Shown here piece after piece: positions 7,951 to 21,500 of a stretch of 25,936 nt of DNA. The DNA comes from a virus (taxonomy: Duplodnaviria > Caudoviricetes): IMG/VR virus record IMGVR_UViG_3300020409_001675, positions 1-25,936 of that record. One strand, written 5' to 3'. Made by a program: the position numbers and the translations under genes. The notes beneath the pieces were generated by a model. That model had not been told where the DNA came from. It saw nothing but the letters and a program-made list of their open reading frames with translations, and ran no database searches. Positions within the stretch are counted from its first letter, which is position 1; each line of letters starts with the position of its first letter.

Positions 7951-9543
7951 TTAAAATTCGAGTATAATTTTAATGTCTTCTTTTTGACGTTGGTTTCTAA
8001 CAATTACAGGTCTGTTATCAAGGTAAATTACTTCACCCGACCCTTTATTTATCTCAGAATTAGCGAGTCCTCCAATAAAGTTAACACCTAAGTTAATAAG
8101 TTTATTACCAGTTGGATTAGTTGTAATACCAGAGAAATTTAAAGAAGGTGAACCTGAGAAACCAGATTCTTTACCTCTAATGTTATTTGCACCAGCTTGA
8201 GATTCAAATTGATATATTCTGGCAGACGTTGAAATACCAGCGTAATCGGTTTGATCTAATGTTGTTCTATTGAAATGTAGAGAGCGATCTCTAAAATATT
8301 TTAAAACTTTTGTTTCTGAGTCAAATGAGGCAACATAAGCTGTTGCAGTTCTACCAGTATTTGGTGGGGCAACTAATACTTGAGTTATTTCCTCTCCAAC
8401 TACAGGTGATTCAGTTGTTGTCTCAAATTTTATCGCTTGTAATGATGAGAAGGTGCTATCAGTATATGTTATTGATGTTCCAACTTTAGTTGGATTTTTA
8501 ATAATTCCCACTTGAGAAAACTTAGTGTCTATAGGAAAATCCTTTGTAGAATCATCAAATCTTGAATATACAATAACTCTATCTGTACCTAATTCAGTGT
8601 ATAAATCATGACCATGACCTAATGATGGAGGTATTATAGGTATGAGTTTAGCACGACCAGTTGAAGTACTGACTCCACTACTTAAATTACCTAAGTCAAC
8701 TATTCCGTAAGTATATCCTCTACCTCCAGAACTAACAGTTACATTTGTAATTTTACTATTTTGTATATCCACTCTTGCCTTCGCACCTACTCCATCCCCA
8801 ACAATATCTACCTCTTGATTCAAACCATCTGCATATCCATCACCTGAATTCTCAATATAAACGTGTTTGATTTGGTTTAAGTTTACGTCAGAATTACCAT
8901 TTTCACGAACTGACCTTATCTGAGAATCAGTTGACGTTGACCAACTATTAGGAACTGTAATAAATTCAGTAGAGTCAAATTTTATAATATCACTAGGTGA
9001 GACTGTGAATAAGTATTTCCAAACATAACCATCTCCACTATTTCCTGCCTTTGAAGGTTCTAAGTCTGTAAATGTTGGTTCATCTTGAGAGACGTTTCCA
9101 AGTGGATTATCTCCGCTTGAGCCATTATCAATACAAATGTAAACTTTAAAGTCGGAATTAAGTACGTAGTAGTTCGCATCATATAATCTATTTGCTTGTG
9201 TTAATGGACTTGGATTATCAATACTATAATCATCTCTGTAAATTTCATATCTACTTCCTGCAATCCAATCTACTCTTCTTATAATTCTTCTGATATTAGC
9301 AGATGAAACTTTTTTACCAAACATTGAAGTATCACCTGCATGAGCACGATATGAAAAACTATCAGTTGGTGCAGGTGTGTTTGAATTCCACTCTGAAGAT
9401 CTTCCATACCCAACTAAAGTATCAGTTCCAACTGGATTTGGTAATCCTATAAAAACATAATAAGAATTATTTGTATTTTCTACTGACTCAACAAAGTTGT
9501 TAGCATTTAATATTCTAAATTGATCAGTAATTATTGCTGACAT
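7951..9543 (-). CDS. gp8: Baseplate wedge subunit gp8 (530 aa)
   Basis: gp8-like motifs NYYVLNSDFKVYICIDNG, EPTFT, GDGYVWKYLFTV, GHGHD...ELG and C-terminal GSGEVIYLDNR...QKEDIKIILEF. Positioned after gp7. Confidence 0.9.
   Translation of the reverse strand: MSAIITDQFRILNANNFVESVENTNNSYYVFIGLPNPVGTDTLVGYGRSSEWNSNTPAPTDSFSYRAHAGDTSMFGKKVSSANIRRIIRRVDWIAGSRYEIYRDDYSIDNPSPLTQANRLYDANYYVLNSDFKVYICIDNGSSGDNPLGNVSQDEPTFTDLEPSKAGNSGDGYVWKYLFTVSPSDIIKFDSTEFITVPNSWSTSTDSQIRSVRENGNSDVNLNQIKHVYIENSGDGYADGLNQEVDIVGDGVGAKARVDIQNSKITNVTVSSGGRGYTYGIVDLGNLSSGVSTSTGRAKLIPIIPPSLGHGHDLYTELGTDRVIVYSRFDDSTKDFPIDTKFSQVGIIKNPTKVGTSITYTDSTFSSLQAIKFETTTESPVVGEEITQVLVAPPNTGRTATAYVASFDSETKVLKYFRDRSLHFNRTTLDQTDYAGISTSARIYQFESQAGANNIRGKESGFSGSPSLNFSGITTNPTGNKLINLGVNFIGGLANSEINKGSGEVIYLDNRPVIVRNQRQKEDIKIILEF
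8046..8052 (-). promoter_or_regulatory. Possible internal late promoter (G)ATAAATA upstream of the VrlC-like gene
   Basis: 7/8 match to TATAAATA inside the 3' end of gp8, about 100 nt upstream of the ATG at 7948. It may simply reflect the E-I-N-K codons. Confidence 0.3.
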
Positions 9544-9565
9544 TGTAATTTAAACTTTTTCTTTT

Positions 9566-9573
9566 TATTTATA
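9566..9573 (-). promoter_or_regulatory. T4-type late promoter TATAAATA upstream of gp8
   Basis: Perfect motif in the 42-nt gp7-gp8 gap, 22 nt before the gp8 ATG. Confidence 0.88.
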
Positions 9574-9585
9574 GAGGTAATGTAA

Positions 9586-12500
9586 TCAAATTCCAAACAC
9601 TCTTATCGCACCTGATGATCTTAGACCTCTAAGTGACGTTGCAGTATAATGTTTTCTTTGAATAGTTGGAAATGTGCTCAATCCAGAATCCACAGTCAAA
9701 CCAGTGACTCCAATAGAAATTGGATCAGGATCTCTTGTTACTCCGTACAATCTACCCCAAGATATTTTACCAAATTCAGTACTTATACCTGTTTGAGTCG
9801 GATTGAATGTTCCTCCATCTTGGAATAATCCTGTCCTATCAGTTCCAGAATGTACATTACAGATTATTTCACCATTTTCAGCACCATCGGTAGTAACAGC
9901 GTGAACTTTATATACATTGTCTAAGAAGGTTGTTCCAATACCTACGACTGAAGTATCAGGACCATCAACTGATGTAACTCCATTACCTACACTTGTATCA
10001 GATATAAAGACTGGATAATTTACTTTTAAACCAGATGCTTGCTGACTCGCCCTAAAGAAGAATTTAATTGCTAATGGATGATTAATACCTGTGGTAGTTG
10101 TTATTCCTGTAATAATACCTGTAAATCCTTCAACATTAGTAATCTCTGTAATTTTTTCAGTTTTAAACGCTGGTAATTCAATAATTACTTGTGGTGGTGC
10201 AGTATGTGTATAACCAACACCAGAATTAACAACATCAATTCTTGTTATTGAACCATTAACTACTTGAGATGTTGCTGTTGCAAGACTTCCAATGCCTATT
10301 GTTCCGTCTGTTTTAGTAAAAGTTCCTATTCCTACAGTTGGGACAGAGAGTTTTACAGTAGCTGAATTATATCCCCTACCAGCATTTGTTATATTAATTG
10401 ATGATATAGTTCCTGCAGCAGATACAGTCGCTGTTGCAGACGCACCAACATTAATTTCACCAGATGTAACTAAAGCATCTACTGAACCATATGTAAGATC
10501 ATAATTAGCATAATTTTTTACTGACTCACTATGCATTCTTCTAGGTTTACCAATATCTCCATTTTCATAATTGAACACTTCTGCATCATCTACAAAAATT
10601 CCTACTACACCTACTGTTCCTATTCCTGAAGCAATTGTAAAATCACCAATAATTTTTGATGTTGGGTAAACTTGAGGTTCTAATATTTCTCTAGCCTTAC
10701 TAATTTTTCTACCACCTAAAATTACATCAGTTTTTTGCTTTGTCCATCTGACTGGTTTTTCATTTATTTGGTCAATACCTAAACCAGTATAAATTTCAGT
10801 TTCAACTAACTTTGCTCCTAAAATTTCATTAACTGTTCTTTCTATCTGTTGTGATGTTGTAATACCTGTATTATCTTTTAGTAATCTAATTTCATCACCA
10901 ATTTTAACTTGAGGTTGAATATCTGAGGTATCAACGTCTACATCTTGAGTTCCTTTATAGAAGAATATATCAACTCTATCTTGATCATTTGCACCAGGTG
11001 ATGATTCTCCCATTGGTGGTTCTTCAAATTCAAATGTTGTTCCACCCTCAAATGAATAAGATATGCCAGGTTTTTGTAATACACCATTTACAAATATTAA
11101 AAGAACAGCATTTAAATCTATGAGTTGAGAGGTAGGACTTGTGACATCTTTTTCAAAACTTAATAATTGTCCATTAAAGTATAATGGGAATCTAGTTTTT
11201 ATACCATCTTGTAAATTTTTAATATTATCAATGAAATCTAATTCACCAAATTGCCAAGAAGCAAATTGATCATTGAATACTTCAACAACCTCAAGTTCAA
11301 ACTCTTGTAAAGGTTGTGATAAGTGAGCAGCAGTAACTAAACCAACAGGTTTAAATTTATCTCCAACTTTAAATGAATGACCAGGTCTTGCGATAGAAAA
11401 TTCAGATATTTCAAATGCAGTCGAACCAAGTCCAACTGTAGTTTTGGCAGAACTAACTTTAACATCAAGTAATAAATTTTTACCAGTATCTGTTGTAGGA
11501 CCTTGACCAATTCTTGATACACCCACTACAGGCAAATTATCATAATTAGGTTCAGGAATTATGATTTCAGGATTGATGTAACTTGTTCCAGCAGAAACAA
11601 TGTTAAATGATAATGTACCACCAACACCTACGGTAGCAGTAACCACTGCTCCTGTACCACTACCACCACCTTGACCAACATTTAATGTAATTGTATTAGG
11701 AGTTCTTGATATGATAGCAGTTTGAATACCTGCAATGGGATCAGAGTTAGGGAAACTAGTTTTAGATACTGCACGAGGATATGGATGATCAGAGAAGAAG
11801 TTATCCTTAGAACATTTAAATACTAATCCACCAGTATCAATACCTACCGTATCACTTGTGGATAATCCGTGACCAGGTATTGTAAGAACTAGTTCTCCTG
11901 TATGTGATGTATACACTGCATCAGTTGCGGTAAACGCATTTGCACCAGTTGCAGCAAAATTACCTTTACGTATTGAACCAATACCAGAACTTACAAACCT
12001 GTGAATATATGCTTGGTCTGTAACACCACAGGCAACTGTGCCACCACGATATCCTGAACCGAATGTAAGATCCTCAAAGAATTCAAATGCGTGTCCACCA
12101 CCTTGATATGTGTGAGGTATTGTGCTTGCACCTGCCTGAACCTCAAATGATCTATCAGAAACAATACCAACGACAAATAATGGTCTATCGTGATCTTGGA
12201 AGATTGTGGTTGTAACACCAACATATCCACCACCACCAATTGTCTTAACTGCGGTAGCAGTCGCTGAAACAAATGTATGAGCATAAACATCGCCTGGATT
12301 AGAAGCACCAACATTAACTTGGAATGTATCTGCAGTTACGTTACTTACTGTCAAATATTGATTTGCTGCAGGGTCTGTTGCACGAGGATAACAATGAGTT
12401 GAATTATTACTATCTTTTGTACAAGTAAAGCATATTGAACCTGTTTCTAGAATTACTGCATCACCATTTACTAACCCATGATTTGCAATAGTTATTGTAG

Positions 12501-15500
12501 AAATACCAGTTACACCATCGTAAGTCGCATTAGTGGGTTGTCCAACTACAGTTTTAGGACATACAAACTCTAACCCTTTTAATTTAACTGTATTGGGTCT
12601 CTCAAGTGCAAATCCATGAACCTTATCAGTTGTGACAGTAATAATACCACTCGCATTATCATATACAGCTGTCTGAATACCGAGATTAAATCCTGAAGAT
12701 GTTGCAATACCTACTACACTTGTAATTCCACCAGTTGCATCTTTAAATGCTTTTACTTTTGCACCTACTAAAGGAGCATATCCTCTGCCTGGAGTTGAAC
12801 CTAATGAAACAATTAATCCACCCCTTGGTACTTGGTTTTGATTTATATCAAACTCAGAAACTATAAATTGACCATTTGTTGAAGTTATACCAGTAAATTG
12901 AATTGTAGATATACCAGCAGTTGTATCTGATGAAATTTCATAACAATTATCAGTTGAGTTGTTAAGTGTTAGTGGTGTTTGGAAAACTCCGTTTATAAAA
13001 ACAACACCATTACCAATTTCGATACCTGATGCAGTGTTTGCACCACCAACAGATAACGTGTATGTTTTTCCTATTCCTGTAAATGCATCTGATATATCAT
13101 CAAATAACATATTTGTTGTATAATTTTGTCTAAGGAATGTTCTTCCACTAAAGTCTGCCCTAACAAATGGTAAATTAGTTTCATCCCTTCTGGATCTAGA
13201 ATTACCTTTGGGTGGATCTGAAAAGAATATCTTACTTTCAACAATATTAAATGAACCTCTATGAATTCTTACATTATCATTTGCAGTATGAGAGGTTGCT
13301 GCAATACCTAATTGTCCTCTTCTAACTTTTACAACTGGTAACGTAGAAATTCCAAGTGATACATCGACTGAATCATTAATTACACCAGTTGGTGTACTTG
13401 AAAATCCAACTTCGGTTACAAGCATATATTCTTCATTGATTTTCAAGAAATCAGTTGGTTGAATAGAGCTAATACCACTTAAAACAAATTGTGATAGTCC
13501 AATACCGATATTGTTATTATATGTGAAACCATCAAAAACACCAAAAGTATGAGATATTGTTGTGAAATTTATTGGTTGTTGAACCACTCCATCTAATCCA
13601 ATTATTGTTCTGGATAATGGATTTTTCATTGATAATTTGTGAGCATTACCACCACCAATACCTGTAAATGTAACTGCTACACCTGTACTCACATATTCAG
13701 GTCTGGTGAATAGTTGAAACTTATTTTCATCAATAACTTTTGCAAATACAGTGCTTGGTAGTAAAGTTGTAACAATACCAGCCATATTTGTTGTTGCACC
13801 TATTGAAACTGCAGTCCCAGCTACTCCAATAAATGTAGAATCTGGTTTATAATCTAATTCTTCGTTAGTATTGAAGAAATGACTCGGAATTGTAAAAATA
13901 CCAGAAGTTTTAGCGAGTCCAGCTGTATTTGAAGGGTTAAATGTTTTTGAGTAGATTGGAACTCCTTCATATGTAAGATCAAAATCTTTTTTATTTGCTC
14001 TCAAACCTGAAGCACCATCAAAAGTTGTAAGAAATATATCTTGTGATACAGTTCCGTATGTAAGAGCAGGAGGTGCATTATCAAAATCACTTGCAGTGTA
14101 TAATATTTGATTAAATGATTGGACTTTAATTAATGAGTCAAATTCAGCATCAGGATAGAATCGTAAATTTACATTATTACCACTTATCTCACCGCCAAAT
14201 GTACCAATACCTGTCGTAGAACCAGCAGACACAAATGGATATTGCACTGTTAATACATCTTCATTATCTCTCATTGTGATGATTTGATGCACTGCTGATG
14301 TTTCTCCACAAGAAACTCTAACTAAAGACTTAGCACTACTGTCAGTTAAATTATTAAGTGTTGAGTATGTAATTGCACTTCCTATCGATGTAGAGAATCC
14401 AGATTCATATCTTGCACTTCTCTCAGCACCTTGTGGTTGTCCTGGTACAACGTAACGATATGTTCCGATACCTGCAGAAGTTGATCCTAATCCAACTACA
14501 TTAGCTCTTAAATCAAGTGGATTTACTCTATCATTTACACATTGTATTTTTATTAAATCATTTTCAAGTTTTGCTGTGATGATTCCTACAACACTATTGC
14601 TAACTCCAGATTTTGTATCAATGTATGATTCTGCAATAGTTGTATCTGTACCATCAAAATCAACTATAACTTCATTATAATTAATTTCTTTTGAATTTGT
14701 GTCTTGGACAAATATGGTTGCAGATAAAGAATTGAATTCTGTTTTTGGAAATTCTAAAAATGTGGTTGTTGATAATGATGCAATACCTGCATTTACACCT
14801 GTCAAACTAACATTTCCTATACCAGTGGTGTTTATGCCAACTAAGTCAGTATTAAAAGAGCTTTTTATTATCTTAATATCGTGATCTTTAGTAAATGCTT
14901 CGTCAGGTGTGAATAAAAGATTTCTAGTTCCTGAATTTAAAATTTGTGTTTCATAAACTCCTAATCTTTGATTTGAAAAGTCTGATGTTTTTTCAAATAA
15001 AAATACATTACCTTCAGTTAATATAATAACCAACTCACTTAATTGAACATGTGATGTATCTGGATCAACAACTTGAATTAAATAATTTGCTATTTGGTCG
15101 GTTAATGGTTCAACTACTGTGCTTACAGATTCAAATCCATCACTTGAGAAATTACTACTAATATCATCATGTACTAAAACTCTATTTGTTAGACATCTTG
15201 TAAAGTCAGTTAGATTTCTATTTTTAAATGTAATAAACTTAGATTTAGTGTTATCATCAATTGTATCAAAATCTCTTGCTTTATCAAAGTTATTGATTGC
15301 ATCAACTCTTTGTTTATCATTAAGTTCTAGTATGTTAGCAACATCCAATACAACAAGTTGATTAGAATCTATTGTTTCTCCTACTCCAACTTTTGTGGTA
15401 GATAATATTGATGTGTCGGCAAAATTCTTTAATCCAGATGGGTGAACTAATCTATTCACAGGGTTAACAAACTTATCCCAATCAACTGGACTTTTAATTG

Positions 15501-18500
15501 AGTAAGATAAGTTTTGATAATAATCATTATCTGGTAATACTTGAACATCTTCATTTAATTTTCCAATATTATCAATCCAACCATATTCCTGTTTACTAGA
15601 ATAATTTGTTTCAAATATTCCCTCGTTATTGACAATCGTTACTATTTCTGCAGATGTATTACTTAATTCACCTGTGATTCTATCATTCTGGAATATTCTA
15701 AATTTTCCATCAACTTTGATGAATTCTTCTCTAATTTCAGTAACCTTTAAATCAGTGACTGTATTGTTAACAACTAACTTTTCATTTAAATCAAAACTAC
15801 CTCTTTGTTGAATTGGTTGTATTACTGGTAAGTCTTTTTGATTGATAAGTTGTGCATAACCTGATTGATATGTTTTTGCAATACCTGGATTAGTTGTAAC
15901 ACCAGCAAGACTAAACTCTAGTATGCATTGAGTACCAGTTATATAATCTTCTACATTAAATGTTCTATATTGATAATCTACTGAATTGTATCCAGTGCCA
16001 ACTACAGTTGTATTTGTAGAAATACCACCCTGTGTAGCACCAACTCCAGTCTCTCCTACTCTCTGTATACCCTCAATGTAAACTTGATCTCCTTTAGAAA
16101 ATGGGGGTGTATCATATCCGTTTATAGGAGTTTCTATAAAACAGGTAACAATTCCAGAAAGACTTGTTTGAACTGAGTTTATTCCAACTCCATTTGTATT
16201 GTTGACTGGTATAATTCTATGAACAACTGAGTCAAGTCCAGTTATTGGAGATATAACTTTTACATCTGCAACAGTTTGGTTTGGCACTAATGCTTCTAAA
16301 GATGAAGAATCAACAACAGTATTTGATATGGGATTATATACAAGTAATTGTGGTGGTGCTAAGTACTTGTTACCACCACTAATCACTCTTACAGAATTAA
16401 TTTCGTCAAGATTATCTAAAGTTAGTACAGGAGATATGAAAGCTTGTGGACTTAATGTTTTATCAGAGGAGTAATCATATCCAATGTCAACTATTCTTAC
16501 TTTTTTAATTCTTCCAACGGATGAAGAGAATGGAGTAATATTAGCATTATTACCTCTTTCACTGTTGACAGAAACAAATTTTGGTAATCTTTTATAATTA
16601 AATCCAGTTGATAACACCTTGAAATTTTTTATTTCTCCGTGAACTGATTTAGATTTTGTAGAGTATTCTAATTTTTCACATTCAGCAGGAGTATATCTGA
16701 GGAATTCAGGAATTTGTGGTGAAAAATCAAAAGTATCGTCAGTAACGTTGGATATCTGATACTCTCCATTATATTCACTATCAACAAACCTAATTTCTGA
16801 ATAATTAGACACCTCGGTATCTGAAGTGCTTATAAACCCACCTTTTGACAATCCATAATAAAGTCTACTTGGAGTTGAGTTAGAATATTGCACTGTTAGT
16901 GCTGCACCGATTGGATCTGTGTTATTTGTTCCAATACCTATTGTCCCTGCTACTCCAACATTAAAATTAATTGAATCCTGTGAACTTAAATATCTATTAG
17001 TTAAATTTTGATCATAATACAAACCAAAATCAAATCCCTCTAACGAAGTATCTTTCAAAGTAAATGCTAACTTTGAATTTTTGACAACACTAATTCTAGG
17101 ATTAATAAGTCCTACTGTTTGATTACCACCTGTTGCAGCAGTTATACTAACAGTTCTAACTGGATCTGAGTTTAAATCAATAATAGTTTTGACAAATTTA
17201 AAATTATTACTATCAACTTTATATACAAAATATGTCCCTGTGCTTATACCTGTTGCAGAACCATCGTAAAATACTTTATCACCAGTTTCAAACCCGTGTG
17301 ATGCAAACTCAATTTTATTTTCTTTAACATTAGAACTTGTTAAAGATATAGGATTAATAATTAATTTATTAAAGTTTGAATTATATTTTACAGTAACAGG
17401 TGTGGTTGTTCCGATTCCAACCGTTAAGTTAGGAACAACGTTAATACTTACAATATCTCTATTTTTTAATCCATGAGTAGTAGTATTAGCAAGTGAAACC
17501 TTAGTGCTTACAGTTGATACTATTTTATCAAGATTTCCTGTTACTTGAGGCTTAAGTGATTCAAAATAATAACTTGATGAATTAATTCCAGTATTAGAAC
17601 CTTTAGTATAGAAAAATAAACCTTCACTTGTACTTCCAATTCCAACTCTTGTTGTTACTAATCCAATATTATTTCTATCTTTTTTAATTACAAAAACATT
17701 TGTTGAATTTTGACCAACGAGAGGTAATTTAAATTCAGTAACAGTCGGTACTCTACTAACATCAAATCTTAAGGCACCAGATCTCTTATTAATTGTTATT
17801 TCTTGACCTGTTTCAAAAGGATGATCTGGAATATGAATTGTTCTAGTTGGTATTGAAACTAATTCATTAACAGTGCCAACAAATCTATTAACTTGTATCG
17901 CACTACCTGTTGTAGTACCAATTCCAACAGATTGAGGACCATTGAAATAAATTTTTTCGTTATCAAATGATTCAAACTTTTTAGTTCTGACTGGAATCGA
18001 AACTTCAGTATTTAAGAAATCTACATTTGAACCTGCAGTGTGAGCAACTCCCACATTTCTCCTAATTCTTAATCCTCTATTGATTGGAAATACCTCTAAG
18101 ACTTCAACTGTTTCTGTGACAATTGTATTTCCAGAACCGATTCTTACTGAACTACCAGCTGATACAATTTTAGGTATATCTGTTAGAAAAATATCTTGTA
18201 TCAAACCACCAGCATCGCCAATAGTCATAGGAGATGCCAAAGTCACTCTGTTAGTTGATACACCTACTTTATATGTTCCTGCTAAGTTAAATATTTCAGT
18301 GCTTAATCCAGATAATCTAAGATTATCCTGATCATTTACTTCAATAAATGGTAGAAAACTAGCTATTACCTCAGTTGTTGATTCCCATTTTAAAGATGCA
18401 TTTTCAAAAGAAGTAATTTGTGTGTCAATACTTGAAATTCCTATACCAACAATCTCACTTACCTCTGCAGTAAATCCAGAACCATTTGTGTCTTTATCAT

Positions 18501-21500
18501 CAAATACAGTAAAGTCACCAACTTTATATCCTTCACCACCACTTAATATCTCAATACCATCTACACCACCCTTTGTTACAGATTCAACTTTTGAAATTTG
18601 TCTTACGTCTTCATAAGATTCAACAATAAAATCATTATTTGCATCTGGTTCATCAACATTGTAAGGGAAAGTATTCCTTCTTAAAGAAGTATTATTAAAA
18701 TCATAATTGTGATCAAGTAGTTGATTTTCAAGTATGTAAGGTGATCTGTAAGTATTTCCTATAAAATATGGATAGACACCCTCAAGTTTGTTTGATAAAG
18801 TTCCTATTCCTACAGATGTAAAGTATGCATATACTCCATTTGGAAATTCAGGTGTTTTACAAAATCTACCATTATGAACATCAAGATCTCCTTTATCTGT
18901 AAAAATATGATCTTCAACAAAAAATCCTGGTTCGTATCCTACGGGGCGATCTTTAACAGTGTTTATATTTGTTTCATATGAAGTTTCGATGATTTTTAAA
19001 GGTGAATTTATATCATCTGCAATTGAATATCCAAAAGGACCATATATTGGATTTCCATCATATGCCCACCCAATGATTGGAGAGTGTGCAACAATTCTAT
19101 CAAATTCTCCATTTTGTCTAACAACAAATGAGTTTTCAAAATTACTTGCTATTTCTTGTGAGTATCCTAAAACACCAATCTTTAATGAATCAACGTTCTT
19201 ACTTAAGAAAGTGTCTCCAAATCTATTTGCATTGTTAATAGTCAACCCTCTTACTCGTGTAGCAAATCCACCTCTACTACCTCTATTAAACGCTCTAACC
19301 TCTGTGGTTAAACTATCATAACCCACACCAGTATTTGTCACCACAGCGTCAATAACTCTACCATCATCTACAACTGGTCTTACTACCGCACCACTTCCTG
19401 CACCAGAGGAAGTTACTACAAGTTCAGGGACTGAAAAATAATCTCTTCCTCTATTAACAACTACAACATCAACTATTTTTCCATCAACAATTATTGGTCT
19501 AAACTCAGCATTTCTACCTGATATAATTTCTACTTTAGGTTCAACTTTTTTGTTTAGTGTCTGAGAACCATAGTTCGTACCCTCTTCATACAAATATGCA
19601 CCTATTATTTCACCAGTGACAACAGGTGTTACTACAATATCTCCAGTAACAGTGGATCCATATGAAACATTAATGTCTACTTTAATATCAGGATATTTAA
19701 ATTCATGAAAACCATCACCAGATGATTCAAAATTCACATATAATCCTCTATCATAATTGCTTGTTGATGTTGCACCTATACCTGCATCTGCTAATTGGAA
19801 AGAGTCATCATCTATTTTATTGACAAGATAAGATACAGTTGTCGATAAACCAACTATATTTGTTGATCCTCCAAGATATTCAATCGTTTCACCGCTTGAA
19901 AATCCGTGATTTTTAAAGTTAATTGAATTGAAAGTTGTTGAAATACCTGCGGGTTTGACTCTTAACTTACGATGAGTATATCCAGAACCCTCATTTAAAA
20001 CTTTAACTGCAATAAGAGTTCTTTTTGTTTCGGTTCTAAAACGGTGAATACCACTTGCCAATGTATCCGTAGATAAACCAACTGTATTAATACCAGTAGA
20101 ACCAAATAATGCATCCTTCGCTGTGTTGAAAATTCTTACAGTTTTTGGATTAACAACTCTTACGAAGTAAGGATCACCATCTGATAAAGTATCTTCAATA
20201 GTATTTGTGATATCGTAAGCAGATCCTATACCGATTGGAGAATTGCCATTTGAATTATAGTAAACAAGTTGTCCATTTTCAAAGTTATGTTCACTTGTAA
20301 ATGTGATTGTTTCATTTTCAATATCAACTCCACCATTAAAAAATATATCTCTACTATCAAAACTTACAAAACGATCTCTCTCACCAACCACAGGTTGTAA
20401 AATGCATCCATTTCCATTAGCACCCGTAAGAGAGATACTTGTAACTGCTTCAATATCAAATTCTTGTGGATCAACAAACACAGATTTAACTGAACCCTGA
20501 ATAATTGGTTCTGCTCGTGCTGCTACACCTGAACTTGTTTCAATACCTATTCTAGGTGGATTTATAATATCATAATCTACTCCACCATTTAATAAATCAA
20601 TAGATTCAAGAGGTCCAAAAAATATGTTGTCATCTGATATTGCTGATCTTATTTGAACACCATTAATTAACATTCCGATGTCATTAACTGGAGTTTCTTG
20701 TTTAGATGCAATAAAAAGATTTTGATTTAATGGAAATTTCCTTAAAATTTGATTTGGTCTTAGATTTTCATTTTCATGTTGCTTTAATAAAAATCTATGT
20801 TTAGCTGTTGTTAGAGTTCCAACTCCTACTTGTATTGTACTCGCAGATCCAATTTGAGATAGTGACTGATATAATTTTATTCTTGATTTATTCTGGTTTG
20901 GACCAGGAATAACTGGGTCTACAAAATATGTGCGACCAGTATCTAAACCAGGTAATGCTTCGCTATCTGGTTTATAGATAACCGCATCTCCTTGTATAAA
21001 TTTTATATCTTCACCAGGTGGAGGAGTAAATTGAATCGTTGTATAATTACGTGTCAATGGATCAAAACCAGTCAAACCAACTTGTGAACTGCCAACTAAT
21101 GTTTCTTCTATTATGTTGGTTTTTATATCATAACTTGGTAATGAATTAGAAGCTGCATATCCAAATTCATTTCCTTCTACGTACACATTTAGAATATCAG
21201 ATATAATATTTTCATTACCTTCAACCAAAGTTACTCCTGAACTTGTAGATTTTTCTACAATTCTTCGTATATCATATTCTTGAAATGCTTGTGGTGTAAA
21301 ACCAGCTATGTTTCCTGCTGTAATTTGATTTAAAGCAACATCAATACTTTCAACTGAACCACCACCGACAATCGTTTGCTCATTTCTTTTTAGAATTTGG
21401 AATCGATCACCTATCTTAAGAGATGCTCTGTCAATTGGTGTATTAAATGTAAATGTAGCACTTGATATGCCAACTTGAAATCTTGAACTTGTATTGTATA

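Noticed and set aside
11337-12314. Alternate-frame minus-strand ORFs (61 and 107 aa; also 2461-2652)
   Set aside because: Leu/Val/Gln-rich composition typical of off-frame translation of AT-biased codons, and no initiation signals.
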